64,000 nt of DNA from an uncultured Gemmatimonadaceae bacterium (lineage in GTDB: Bacteria; Gemmatimonadota; Gemmatimonadetes; Gemmatimonadales; Gemmatimonadaceae), in assembly GCA_963740355.1 (NCBI GenBank), contig CAVUDW010000004.1, positions 35,680 through 99,679 on the forward strand, read 5' to 3'. Numbering within the stretch: position 1 is the stretch's first letter; each line of letters starts with the position of its first letter. The notes beneath the pieces are model-generated. The model was not told the origin of the DNA. It ran no database searches and worked only from the letters and a program-made list of their open reading frames with translations. The translations under genes and the position numbers were made by a program. This document shows, piece by piece, positions 37,743 to 47,703 of the stretch.

Positions 37743-38839
37743 TCCCCGTTCCATTCGATGTCGCTCGTGCTCAGGCGGCGCGGGTCAGACATCGCAATCA
37801 GCGAACGCGCGAGCAGGTCCGCCCAGGAAAGAGCCTGCAAGCGCCTCGGCCATGGGTCCTCGGCGTCATCCAGCAGGCCGTGTCCCGCGTATCGAGGCTT
37901 CCCATATGTGAGCAGCGCCAACCGACTGCGGAACCGTAACCCTTCAGCGGGTTCCAGCGGCGCATCGAGCGAGACGCCCTCAGGTGCGAACACAGTTGCC
38001 GCCACAGCTGGCACGGCGCGAAAGCAGTGAATGCCGCTGGTCAATCGGGGATTGCACTCGATGGCGCGCACACCTTTCGCACCGTCGATGAAGTCGAATG
38101 CGAACTGCCCGCTCAGGCCGTGAAACGCCACGAACTTCTCGACCCATTGCCGCACTGCCATGTGTCGCACAGACCGGAACGCGATCGCCGCTCCACGCGG
38201 GCCCGCCGTTTCATCAACGGCGTACGTCGTGTGCGCCAGAAGCCTGCCATGCCGGGCGCTGCTCCACGTGCAGAGAGCTGCGCCTGCGAGGAACTCCTGC
38301 GCCATCCACTGTGACGCCTCACTGTCGGGAATCGGTGGCAGTGCCTCGTTGCTCTGCCAGGTGCGCACGCGCGTCGCGAAGCGCGAGAACCTGGGCTTGA
38401 GGATGTACGGGCCGGCCTGGAGTGACCGCAGATCGTTCGTCCGATCGAACAGGTGGCTTCGCGGCGGGTGCAATCCCGCTGCCGTGCAGCTTTCCACGAA
38501 GCGCCATTTGTCGTGCAGGGGTGCCAATCGCGCGCGGGGTTCGCACGCAACCGGGATGTCGAGCTGGTCCCGAATGGCCGCGAGGTGAAATACCTCCTCG
38601 CAAGTGGGGACGATCACGTCGAACCGGTGGCGGCGGGTCAGGCGATTGAGCGCGGTCGCGTAGGCCGTATGACCATCACGTGGGGCCGGGAGAGTGTGCG
38701 ACGCCGCGATCAACCGCGAGCCGCGACAGATATGCCACGCGCCGGTGTCCGCAACGTGCACCTCGAACCCAGCGCGCGCGCCAAGCCGGGCCAGTTCGAG
38801 GGTCGCAGGCGCCCGTGCGCCCGTCAGCAGGACTCGCAT
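37739..38839 (-). CDS. ATP-grasp domain protein
   Basis: [53 protein letters not shown] before ATG 38839. Confidence 0.88.
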   Translation of the reverse strand: MRVLLTGARAPATLELARLGARAGFEVHVADTGAWHICRGSRLIAASHTLPAPRDGHTAYATALNRLTRRHRFDVIVPTCEEVFHLAAIRDQLDIPVACEPRARLAPLHDKWRFVESCTAAGLHPPRSHLFDRTNDLRSLQAGPYILKPRFSRFATRVRTWQSNEALPPIPDSEASQWMAQEFLAGAALCTWSSARHGRLLAHTTYAVDETAGPRGAAIAFRSVRHMAVRQWVEKFVAFHGLSGQFAFDFIDGAKGVRAIECNPRLTSGIHCFRAVPAVAATVFAPEGVSLDAPLEPAEGLRFRSRLALLTYGKPRYAGHGLLDDAEDPWPRRLQALSWADLLARSLIAMSDPRRLSTSDIEWNGE

Positions 38840-38924
38840 CGCTCCATTGCAGCACAAACTCCACTGTCGGAACGCTCCCGTCTACTGTCGCCTCTTGTGG
38901 GGGCGGCCGCTACTTTCCGCCCAC

Positions 38925-40460
38925 ATGTCCATGACTGAGAAACTCGACCTCCTCGAGCGCCGTCGCGCCGAGGCTGAACTTGGCGGCGGCGCCGCGCGCC
39001 TCGCAGCCCAACACGACAAGGGCAAGCTCTCCGCACGTGAGCGCCTGGATATCCTGCTCGACGAAGGATCGTTCGTCGAAATCGACAAGTTCGTGACCGC
39101 GCGAGCTGACGCCGGTGGTGTGTACGGCGACGGCGTGGTGACGGGCTACGGTCGGATCGAGGGCCGATTGGTCTATGTCTTCTCGCAGGACTTCACCGTC
39201 CTCGGCGGGTCACTGGCCGAGGCGCATGCAAAGAAGATCTGCAAGATCATGGATCACGCGGTGCGCAATGGCGCACCGGTCATCGGCTTGAACGACAGCG
39301 GCGGCGCGCGGATTCAGGAAGGCGTCGTGGCACTTGGTGCGTATGCCGACATTTTCCTCCGGAATACGCTCGCCAGCGGAGTCGTACCACAGATCTCTGC
39401 CATCCTCGGCCCCTGCGCCGGTGGCGCGGTCTATTCGCCTGCGATCACCGATTTCATCTACATGGTGCGGGGGACGAGCTACATGTTCGTGACCGGCCCC
39501 AATGTCGTGAAGACCGTCACGCACGAAGATGTCACGATGGAGGAGCTGGGCGGCGCTGATACGCACGCCGGAACATCCGGTGTGGCACACTTCGCCTGTG
39601 ACTCCGAGATCGCCTGCCTGACGCAGATTCGTGAACTGTTCCGCTTCGTGCCGTCGAACAACCTCGCTGACGCGCCTCGTGGGACCGGCACCGATCCGCG
39701 TGACCGGCGCGACGAAGCCCTGCTCGATGTCGTGCCAGAAAATCCGAACAAGCCCTACGACATGCACGACGTCATCCGCCGGATCGTGGATGATGGGGAG
39801 TTCTACGAAGTGCATCGGGACTATGCACAGAACATCATCTGTGGCTTCGCACATCTTGGTGGTGCTAGTGTTGGCATCGTCGCCAACCAGCCCGCCGTGC
39901 TGGCGGGCGTGCTGGACATCTCGGCCTCGATGAAGGGCGCGCGGTTCATCCGCTTTTGCGATGCCTTCAACATCCCGATCGTGACCTTCGAGGACGTGCC
40001 TGGCTTCCTGCCCGGTGTCGCGCAGGAACACGGAGGCATCATCCGCCACGGTGCCAAGCTCCTCTACGCGTACTGCGAGGCCACGGTCCCCAAGCTGACG
40101 GTCATCACCCGCAAGGCGTACGGCGGCGCGTACGACGTCATGAGTTCAAAGCACATTCGCGGCGACTTCAATGTCGCGTGGCCAACGGCCGAAATCGCGG
40201 TGATGGGCCCGAAGGGTGCGGTGGAAATCATCTACAAGCGTGAGATCGCCGAGGCGCCAGATCCCGTCGAGGCCACCGACGCCAAGGTCGAGGAGTACCG
40301 CCAGCAATTCGCAAACCCGTACATGGCGGCGGCCTGGGGATACGTCGACGACATCATCGACCCGCGGGACACCCGCCCGCGACTGATCGATGCCCTCGAG
40401 ACCCTTGCAGGAAAGCGTGACCGGAACCCCGCCAAGAAGCACGGAAATATCCCGCTCTAA
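38925..40460 (+). CDS. pccB: Acyl-CoA (propionyl-CoA-type) carboxylase carboxyltransferase beta subunit
   Basis: [52 protein letters not shown]. Confidence 0.92.
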   Translation: MSMTEKLDLLERRRAEAELGGGAARLAAQHDKGKLSARERLDILLDEGSFVEIDKFVTARADAGGVYGDGVVTGYGRIEGRLVYVFSQDFTVLGGSLAEAHAKKICKIMDHAVRNGAPVIGLNDSGGARIQEGVVALGAYADIFLRNTLASGVVPQISAILGPCAGGAVYSPAITDFIYMVRGTSYMFVTGPNVVKTVTHEDVTMEELGGADTHAGTSGVAHFACDSEIACLTQIRELFRFVPSNNLADAPRGTGTDPRDRRDEALLDVVPENPNKPYDMHDVIRRIVDDGEFYEVHRDYAQNIICGFAHLGGASVGIVANQPAVLAGVLDISASMKGARFIRFCDAFNIPIVTFEDVPGFLPGVAQEHGGIIRHGAKLLYAYCEATVPKLTVITRKAYGGAYDVMSSKHIRGDFNVAWPTAEIAVMGPKGAVEIIYKREIAEAPDPVEATDAKVEEYRQQFANPYMAAAWGYVDDIIDPRDTRPRLIDALETLAGKRDRNPAKKHGNIPL

Positions 40461-40596
40461 ACAGTCGTTTGTTCGAGCTCGGCTTTTGTTGTGTCGCGAC
40501 AACTGTCCCATTGACGAGCTCTGCTGTTGCATCGTCGCGACGCCCGATCGAGCCGTTGATTCGTCACAGATTTCTGGTGTCAGGCTTCATTGCCTC

Positions 40597-40666
40597 GTAA
40601 GTCGTTGTCTGGCAAGGGAATAACCTCGCGCCCTTAATCGGACTCTGCCATTGGTCCGTGTCGTGC
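40597..40666 (+). promoter_or_regulatory. IHF-like inverted motif plus sigma-54 -24/-12 promoter of PEP-CTERM gene 2
   Basis: GTAAGTCGTTGTCTGGCAAGGGAATA (40597-622), then TGGTCCGTGTCGTGC (40652-66, GG-N10-GC). Confidence 0.6.
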
Positions 40667-40721
40667 CTTGGAGGGTGGTGTGCCGCGGTCGGGACCGCTG
40701 CCACCACCCTCTTCGACTTTC

Positions 40722-41426
40722 ATGCGCAAACTGTTTGCTGTCGCCTTCGCTGCCGCCATGTTCGGCGCACCCTTCGCCGCCGGCGCCCAGCTCATGCTGC
40801 CCGTCAACGTGACGAATACGCGTGTCACGGCTACCACCGGCAACGTCGCCTTCAGCTCGTTCTTCGTCGGTTCTGGTCCGCTGACCGTCGGTCCGCACGA
40901 CGGCAGTTTCGACATGCTGAGCAGCTCCATCCAGCAGGTGATTTGCGTCGACCTGTATCACTCGCTGCGCAACGGTGAGGCCTACTTCGCCGACATTACG
41001 CTCCTCACCAGTTCCGCCAGCGACATCGCGTCGCTGACCCGTCAGGGCCAGCTGCTCGGCGGTACGGCCGGCTTCTCCAAGTATCTGCAGATGGCCTGGC
41101 TGGCCGAGAAGTTCAGCACGCAGTCCACCAGCGAATGGGCGGGCATCCAGGGGGCGATCTGGAACCTGCAGTCGACCGGCAATCCGGATGCGGCCAGCAA
41201 CGCCAACGTCCAGTTCTGGCTCACCCAGGTAATGCAGGCTGACCTGTCATCCGTCGACCGGAACAGCTGGGCTGTTGTCACGAATGTCGAGGTGAATGGC
41301 GGGTACGGTGGCACGCAGGAATTCCTCGTGCGCACGAACGTCGTGCCTGAGCCCTCGAGCTGGGTCCTGATGCTGACCGGCTTCGGCGCGATGCTGGTCA
41401 TCGCCCGCCGCCGACGCGCGGCCTGA
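40722..41426 (+). CDS. PEP-CTERM surface protein 2 with thioester-domain-like motifs
   Basis: Signal peptide (..AAGA/Q); ICVD, IQGAIW and QEFL motifs; C-terminal VPEPSSWVLM-TM-RRRR. Confidence 0.9.
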   Translation: MRKLFAVAFAAAMFGAPFAAGAQLMLPVNVTNTRVTATTGNVAFSSFFVGSGPLTVGPHDGSFDMLSSSIQQVICVDLYHSLRNGEAYFADITLLTSSASDIASLTRQGQLLGGTAGFSKYLQMAWLAEKFSTQSTSEWAGIQGAIWNLQSTGNPDAASNANVQFWLTQVMQADLSSVDRNSWAVVTNVEVNGGYGGTQEFLVRTNVVPEPSSWVLMLTGFGAMLVIARRRRAA

Positions 41427-41556
41427 GACCGGCCTGGCGACCGATCCAACCGGTAGAGATCGAGATCGAGGGACAAACTCCGGCCCTCGGGCGCTAAGTT
41501 GACTCTCTCGATCCGACGCCGGACTCCGGCGTAAGTCCTCTTCGACTGCCGCGCCT

Positions 41557-43071
41557 GTGTTTTCCAAGTTGCTCGTCGCCAATCGTGGCGAGATCGCTCT
41601 TCGCGTCATCCGCGCCTGTCGTGAACTGGGGGTGCGCAGTGTCGCGGTGTACAGCGACGCTGATGCCACCGCACCGCACGTCCGCGAGGCGGATGAAGCG
41701 GTGAACATCGGTCCCGCTCCCGCCGCCCAGAGCTATCTGCTCGGCGATCGGATCCTTGACGCGGCCCGACAGACCGGCGCCGAGGCGATTCATCCGGGCT
41801 ACGGATTCCTCTCCGAACGCGAATGGTTCGCTCGCGCCGTGAGGGACGCCGGGCTGGTGTGGGTCGGACCTCCTGCGGAAGCGATTGGTGCCATGGGCAG
41901 CAAGACGGCCGCGCGGACACTGGCCGTTGCCGCAGGTGTGCCCGTCGTGCCTGGCACGACGACCGCGTTGCGTGACGCGGATGAAGCGCTGGTGGTCGCG
42001 AAGCAGTTCGGCTTTCCGGTGCTGCTGAAAGCCGCAGCCGGCGGTGGCGGCAAGGGCATGCGTGTCGTACGACAGGCCGATGAACTCGAAGCCGCGCTCG
42101 CCTCTGCGCAACGTGAAGCGCTGAATGCGTTCGGCGATGACGCCGTATACGTCGAGAAATACATCGAGGGCCCGCGTCACATCGAGATTCAGGTGCTCGG
42201 TGACACGCATGGCACGATGCTTCACCTGGGCGAGCGGGAATGCTCGGTGCAGCGCCGTCACCAGAAGATGATCGAGGAAGCGCCGAGTGTCGCCGTGACG
42301 CCAGAGCTGCGGGCGAAAATGGGCGCCACCGCCGTGGCTGCCGCACGTGCCGCTGGGTATGTGAATGCCGGCACCTGCGAATTCCTCCTCGATCGGCACG
42401 GCAACTATTACTTCCTGGAGATGAACACGCGCATCCAGGTCGAGCATCCGGTCACGGAGCTCGTGACGGGCATCGACCTCGTGCAATGGCAAATTCGCAT
42501 CGCCGCCGGCGATCGTCTTCCGTTCGTGCAGGAGTTGATCTCGCCACGCGGATGGGCCATCGAGTGCCGCATCACGAGCGAAGACTTCCAGAACGGATTC
42601 CTGCCCTCCACCGGACGCATCACGTCGATGCAGATCCCCTCCGGTCCCGGTGTGCGTTGGGACGGCGGTGTCGAGGTGGGCAGCGAGATCGGCCTGTTCT
42701 ACGATCCGATGCTGGCGAAGCTGATCGTGTACGCCGCCACACGTGACGCCGCCATCGCGCGCATGCACCGTGCATTGCTCGAACTGGAGATAGAAGGCGT
42801 CGAGACCTCGCGCGAATTCCATCTTCGCATGATGGAGGACGAGGAATTCCGCCGCGGTGACATCACCATTCAATGGTTGGAAGCAAAATTGCCTGAGTTG
42901 AGCGCGGTGAAGCCGCCAGCGGACGACGTGCGCGCGGCGGTGATCGCGGCCGCACTGATGGCCGAGCGTGACCGCAACACCGTGCGACCCTCCGCAGTGC
43001 AGGGCACGCACGTCGAACCGATGTCGGCGTGGCAACGCGCCGCGCGCAGCGAAGGATTGCGGGGCGCATGA
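41557..43071 (+). CDS. accC: Biotin carboxylase subunit of acyl-CoA carboxylase
   Basis: ANRGEIA, HPGYGFLSE, GGGGKGMR, ERECSVQRRHQK, EMNTRIQVEHPVTE. Confidence 0.93.
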   Translation: MFSKLLVANRGEIALRVIRACRELGVRSVAVYSDADATAPHVREADEAVNIGPAPAAQSYLLGDRILDAARQTGAEAIHPGYGFLSEREWFARAVRDAGLVWVGPPAEAIGAMGSKTAARTLAVAAGVPVVPGTTTALRDADEALVVAKQFGFPVLLKAAAGGGGKGMRVVRQADELEAALASAQREALNAFGDDAVYVEKYIEGPRHIEIQVLGDTHGTMLHLGERECSVQRRHQKMIEEAPSVAVTPELRAKMGATAVAAARAAGYVNAGTCEFLLDRHGNYYFLEMNTRIQVEHPVTELVTGIDLVQWQIRIAAGDRLPFVQELISPRGWAIECRITSEDFQNGFLPSTGRITSMQIPSGPGVRWDGGVEVGSEIGLFYDPMLAKLIVYAATRDAAIARMHRALLELEIEGVETSREFHLRMMEDEEFRRGDITIQWLEAKLPELSAVKPPADDVRAAVIAAALMAERDRNTVRPSAVQGTHVEPMSAWQRAARSEGLRGA

Positions 43072-44324
43072 GCGAAACCGCGACCGTGACGATCGAGCGC
43101 ATCGCAGCTGGTGGTGATGGTGTCGCACGGCACGACGGCATGGTGGTGTTCGTACCGCGCGCCATTCCTGGTGATGTCGTCTCCGTCTCGCTGATCCGGC
43201 AACGTACCTTCGCCCGTGGCAAGATCCTGTCGCAGGTGACGGTCTCCCCCGATCGCGAGCCGGCGCCCTGCCAGCATTACGACGGCGACCGATGTGGTGG
43301 ATGCCAATTGCAAGGCATCAAGTATCCGTCACAGCTGGCGATCAAGGGCGAGCTGATTCGTGACGCGCTGGTCCGCATCGGCAAGCAGTCCGTGGACGCC
43401 GTCGAGGTCGTGCCGAGCTCGGATCCCTGGCACTATCGCAACACGCTGACGTTGGCACTGCAGCGCGATCGACTCCGTCCGAGCGGCTGGCTGGCGGGAA
43501 TGCATGTCGCCGGTGAGGGCACGCAACTCTTCGAGCTGAAGGACTGCCTGCTTGCGATGCCCGAAGTGATGGACGGCTGGCGCCACCTGATGATCGCCAG
43601 TGAACACCTGCCGCGCGCCGTTGCCTTGCGAGTCACGATCCGGTTGCTGGCAGCGGGCGGGCTCGCCCTGACCGTGGAAGGCGGCACGCAGTGGAAGCAG
43701 CCTGCGATTGATGCCATCGTGGCGAGTGTACCGGCCATCCATGCGATCTGGTGGGTGCGTGAGGATGAAGTCCGTGCCATGCGATTCGACCGGCGTACCG
43801 TGCAGGAAGCCGGCGCCAGCTTCGCGCAGGTCAATCCGCGCGTAGCCGAGTTGCTTCGCGAGTATGTGGTGACGCAGGTCGAGAGCCTCGCTCCCGATGC
43901 CGTGGTCGATGCCTACGCCGGGAGCGGTGCGCTCGCGGCTCGACTGCTGCGCGCCGGTCGTCGAGTGACGGCGATTGAACTCGATCAGGAAGCCTCGGCA
44001 GTCGCCGGCGCGGCCCTGCGTGAGGATCCGCTGTCTCGGGTGTTGACCGGACGTGTCGAGCACCTGCTGCCACACGCCCTGCCGGCATCGGTCGTGGTGC
44101 TCAATCCTCCGCGCGCGGGCGTCGATGCAACCGTTCCCCCGATGATCGCCGCAGCGACCGCGGGTGTGCAGCGTGTGGTTTACGTCAGTTGCGACCCGGC
44201 AACCCTGGCCCGTGACATCGCGCGTCTCGGCGCTGGGTGGCGCGTGACTGCGGTGAAGGCGTTCGACATGTTTCCACAGACATCGCATGTCGAGACGGTC
44301 TGCACGATCGACAGGGAGGACTGA
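43068..44324 (+). CDS. RNA m5U methyltransferase, RlmD/TrmA family (TRAM domain + 4Fe-4S motif)
   Basis: TRAM N-terminus; C..Y...CGGC motif; SFAQVN, NPPRAG, YVSCDPATLARD, DMFPQTSHVE. Confidence 0.9.
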   Translation: MSETATVTIERIAAGGDGVARHDGMVVFVPRAIPGDVVSVSLIRQRTFARGKILSQVTVSPDREPAPCQHYDGDRCGGCQLQGIKYPSQLAIKGELIRDALVRIGKQSVDAVEVVPSSDPWHYRNTLTLALQRDRLRPSGWLAGMHVAGEGTQLFELKDCLLAMPEVMDGWRHLMIASEHLPRAVALRVTIRLLAAGGLALTVEGGTQWKQPAIDAIVASVPAIHAIWWVREDEVRAMRFDRRTVQEAGASFAQVNPRVAELLREYVVTQVESLAPDAVVDAYAGSGALAARLLRAGRRVTAIELDQEASAVAGAALREDPLSRVLTGRVEHLLPHALPASVVVLNPPRAGVDATVPPMIAAATAGVQRVVYVSCDPATLARDIARLGAGWRVTAVKAFDMFPQTSHVETVCTIDRED

Positions 44325-44824
44325 TGAAATACATCGTCGAAACGGAAGGCACACGCTTCGAAGTCGAAGTCGGCCCTGACGGAATCAGCATCGACGGAGT
44401 TCCCGTGCAAGCCAACTTGACGGACGTGCCCGGATCACCGGTGCGTCAGGTGACGATCGGCAGCGCCGTGCATCGCGTGGTGGCGCGGCGCGGCGACTCT
44501 CGTGGCAAGTACACGGTGTTGCTCAACGGACATCGCCATGTGATCGAGGCGCTGGACACACGTACTCGCGCCATTCGAGACCTTGCTGCCGCCACTGGCG
44601 GTGTGGTCGGTCCGGCGCCGCTGGTGGCCCCAATGCCGGGAATGATCGTACGCGTCTCGGTCGCCCCTGGCGATGTCGTCGTCGCCGGGCAGGGCCTGAT
44701 CGTGATGGAAGCAATGAAGATGGAAAACGAATTGCGCGCTGCGGGCCCGGGCACCGTCACCGCAGTGCGAGTGATCGCCGGCACGGCCGTACAGAAAGGC
44801 GCGATCCTCGTCGAACTGGCCTGA
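44324..44824 (+). CDS. Biotin carboxyl carrier protein subunit
   Basis: APMPG and EAMKMENE biotinylation motif. Confidence 0.92.
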   Translation: MKYIVETEGTRFEVEVGPDGISIDGVPVQANLTDVPGSPVRQVTIGSAVHRVVARRGDSRGKYTVLLNGHRHVIEALDTRTRAIRDLAAATGGVVGPAPLVAPMPGMIVRVSVAPGDVVVAGQGLIVMEAMKMENELRAAGPGTVTAVRVIAGTAVQKGAILVELA

Positions 44825-44895
44825 TCGCCTGCACGACAGCGTCGGCTGTCGTGCAGCCTTTTCAGCGCGCCTGTAGGATCAGGCGCCTGCGCGCA

Positions 44896-47451
44896 CTACC
44901 GTCCGAACCAATAGCTGGCTTTCACCAGGAAGACGTTCTGCGGATGCTGCGCGAACAGGTCACTCCATCCTGGCTGTACGCCGAAGTCGGTCGGTCCGCC
45001 AGTGAATGCGTCACGCCCCTGCGTCCAGACGAAGAACAACACTGACCCTGGGCGATATTCCCACCGCACCACGTTATTCGTGCGCAGCTGGCCGAAGCGG
45101 AAGCCTTCTGGCGCGCCGCGCGCCGTGTATGGACGGAAGCGCAATGCCGGATCCTTGGCGCGTCCATCGTTCAGCGCACGCCAGTCGGTGTACTGCCCGA
45201 CGCTCACGAACGGCTGCAGATAACTCTCGACGCTCAACCGCGGCGTGATGGTGTAGTTGAGGCGGAACGTGACGGAACTGGTGGACTGGTATAGCCGTGC
45301 GAAGGTGTACGACGTCGCGGTTGACCCCGAGTCGACAAAGTTTCCCAGCCACTGCTGGTCATCGATGTTGCGACCGTAACCGAAATTCACGCTGCCGTTC
45401 AGTTGCCCACCGACGCGGAACTGCGCGCCGACGCCGAGATCCCAGTTGCTGCCCCGGCCGTCGAGGCGACGGCCACCGAAGGCATTGAAGCTTGGCGCGA
45501 TCGCCTTGCGGCTGTCGCCATCGGTGCCCATCCACATCTGGATCCGGCGCGGCCGGTACACCGCCGGGCCACCACGCGCATCCCGATCACTGTACGTCGC
45601 GAACACGTTGTTGATGCCGGTGCCCATATAGGCACTCCAGAAATTCTTGAACTGTCCGTTGCCGTTGATGTTGCCACCATTGCCGATCGACAGGCCGCCG
45701 GTGTTCCAGGTCGAGAACCCGTTGAAGTTCAGCGAGCCGCGACGGAAGATGCCGAACGGTTTCGTCGGCCGGATGCCCAGCCACGCCGACGTTCCCATCT
45801 CATCGGCGCGCGTCCGGAAGCCCAGGTCGTTGATCTCGAATCCTGGCGTCATGTACCACACACTGGTGTTGAAGCGCGTGATGCCGCCGCCCTGCTTGTC
45901 GAGCGACATCTGCGCCATGCTGCCGGCCATCGACGTGCGTGTGCTGTCATACGTCAGGTGCGATGCATCCGCACGCTGGTAGAGATGGACGTTCGACGTC
46001 TGTGTCAGCGCGATCGCCTCGGGAGTTCCGGTGACCCGACTCCCCGCCAACTGGGCCGAGAACTGGAATCGATTGCCGCCGAAACGGTGGCGTGCATCGA
46101 GCCCGCCAGTCCATGCATCTCCCCGCAACACGTCGCGCGTCCATTCGTCGTTGCGACGTGTGGTGTTCGTCACCATGAGGCCGATTCCCGAGTTGCCGCC
46201 GTGCAAGTCCTGCTGCAGCCGCACCACCCCGTAGTTGGTCATCGGCTCGATCGTGCGCGCCTGTGTGCCTTGCACCCGATTCGTCACAGCGTCGAGCAAC
46301 CCGATCGACAAGCCGTTGCCGAGCCGACCCGTGACCTTCGCGGCGCCGAGAATCGACGATTGCTGGGGTGACGCGGCGTCGCCGTACGCACCACCGAGTT
46401 GTGGCGACCGACCGATGCGACGTGAATAGAACAGGCCGGTGCAGTCACCATCGTTGCAGTCGATGTCGTAGCGGAAGATGCCGCTACCCTCGAGAAAGAA
46501 CGGGCGGCGTTCCGCGTAGAACTGTTCGAACGCGCTCAGGTTGAGCACCCCCGGATCGGCTTCGACCTGGCCGAAGTCCGGATTGATCGCGGCATCGAGC
46601 GTCACGTTCGATGTCAGGCCCAGCTTCAGGTCGGCGCCGAACTGCGTCGCGCCAGCGCTGCGCGGCGTCCCATCGCCGAGCGGCTTGTAGCCATAACGTG
46701 CCACGCTGTACGGCATCAGTTCGACACGGCGCGGCGCGGAGAGCCCGAGAAATCCGGGGACATCCGCCCACTGGCTCACCGAGCCGGTCTTCGAGCGCCG
46801 GATCAGCGGCCAGGCGATGCGTTCACCCCGGCGCGCCACGCGACGCGTGATGAACACGCCCATCGTGTTCTCACCGCTCGGCACGTAGCGAAGCTGGCTC
46901 AGGGGAATCTTGAACTCGGCGATCCAGCCCAGGGAGTCCACCCGAGCGGCGCCCTGCCACACGGCATTCCAGCCCCAGTCTTCCTCGCCGTCGTTGAACA
47001 TGTAGCCGTCCGCCATGGCGCCGGCGGCAGTGAGGCGGAACATGTAGCCCGTTCGCTTGTCGTGATACGAATCGACGCCGACGATGATGTCGTCGGAGAG
47101 CGAGAACCCGTCGCGGCGCTGGAGCACGGACAGGATGCTGTCAGGGCGCGGGTCGAAGCTGCGGACGAGGACGTACAGATTGCGGGCGTCATACGCGAGC
47201 CGGGCCTCGGTCCGGACGGTGGGCTCGCCGTCCTCCGTCGGATCGAAGACTCGGAAGTCGTTGATGGCTGGCGTCCCGCGCCACATCGCATCGTCGTCAC
47301 GGCCGTCGATCACCGGGGCTCGCTGGGTACGGGACGGGCGATATTTTGGCGCCTCGGCGGGCAGCGTCGACCGGCGTGGGGCCGGGTCCACCATGGGCGG
47401 CGACGCCGGCGTTGCGAGGGCGATCTGGAGCAGGAGGGCGGGGAGCAGCAT
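44896..47451 (-). CDS. CBM9-like / DUF5916-like exported protein with C-terminal beta-barrel
   Basis: APVIDG.DD..W, W.AEF.IP.SQLRY, NPDFGQVEAD, E.RPFFLEG, FYSRRIG motifs; terminal KASYWF. Confidence 0.82.
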   Translation of the reverse strand: MLLPALLLQIALATPASPPMVDPAPRRSTLPAEAPKYRPSRTQRAPVIDGRDDDAMWRGTPAINDFRVFDPTEDGEPTVRTEARLAYDARNLYVLVRSFDPRPDSILSVLQRRDGFSLSDDIIVGVDSYHDKRTGYMFRLTAAGAMADGYMFNDGEEDWGWNAVWQGAARVDSLGWIAEFKIPLSQLRYVPSGENTMGVFITRRVARRGERIAWPLIRRSKTGSVSQWADVPGFLGLSAPRRVELMPYSVARYGYKPLGDGTPRSAGATQFGADLKLGLTSNVTLDAAINPDFGQVEADPGVLNLSAFEQFYAERRPFFLEGSGIFRYDIDCNDGDCTGLFYSRRIGRSPQLGGAYGDAASPQQSSILGAAKVTGRLGNGLSIGLLDAVTNRVQGTQARTIEPMTNYGVVRLQQDLHGGNSGIGLMVTNTTRRNDEWTRDVLRGDAWTGGLDARHRFGGNRFQFSAQLAGSRVTGTPEAIALTQTSNVHLYQRADASHLTYDSTRTSMAGSMAQMSLDKQGGGITRFNTSVWYMTPGFEINDLGFRTRADEMGTSAWLGIRPTKPFGIFRRGSLNFNGFSTWNTGGLSIGNGGNINGNGQFKNFWSAYMGTGINNVFATYSDRDARGGPAVYRPRRIQMWMGTDGDSRKAIAPSFNAFGGRRLDGRGSNWDLGVGAQFRVGGQLNGSVNFGYGRNIDDQQWLGNFVDSGSTATSYTFARLYQSTSSVTFRLNYTITPRLSVESYLQPFVSVGQYTDWRALNDGRAKDPALRFRPYTARGAPEGFRFGQLRTNNVVRWEYRPGSVLFFVWTQGRDAFTGGPTDFGVQPGWSDLFAQHPQNVFLVKASYWFGR

Positions 47452-47582
47452 CGTCGGGACGGCGAAGAGGGGGAGGTGCCGAGATGCGGCACGGCTCTTG
47501 GAGTCACCGTACGTCCGGACGGTTGCCGAAGGTTTCGTCGGGTCCGCTTCCGTCTCCCGGCGGCCCGTCCTAACCCGTTGTG

Positions 47583-47611
47583 TTGACGGGACTTCGCTGG
47601 CTGGCTATGCT
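47583..47611 (+). promoter_or_regulatory. Sigma-70 promoter of rplM-rpsI
   Basis: TTGACG-17 bp-TATGCT. Confidence 0.7.
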
Positions 47612-47703
47612 TCGGGTCTGTCCAAAACACCCTTGCGAGGGGGCCGAGACCCGGGTTGCAATGTGCACCGGTGAGGCGTGGGTTCAAATTTGTGGGTAGT
47701 CAG

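Noticed and set aside
47510..47536. ECF-sigma-like promoter (GAAAC...CGTA, minus strand) for the DUF5916-like gene
   Set aside because: Spacer is 18 nt rather than the usual 16-17; support too weak.
47615..47703. L13-type leader RNA upstream of rplM
   Set aside because: Position is plausible, but I could not derive a convincing structure by eye.
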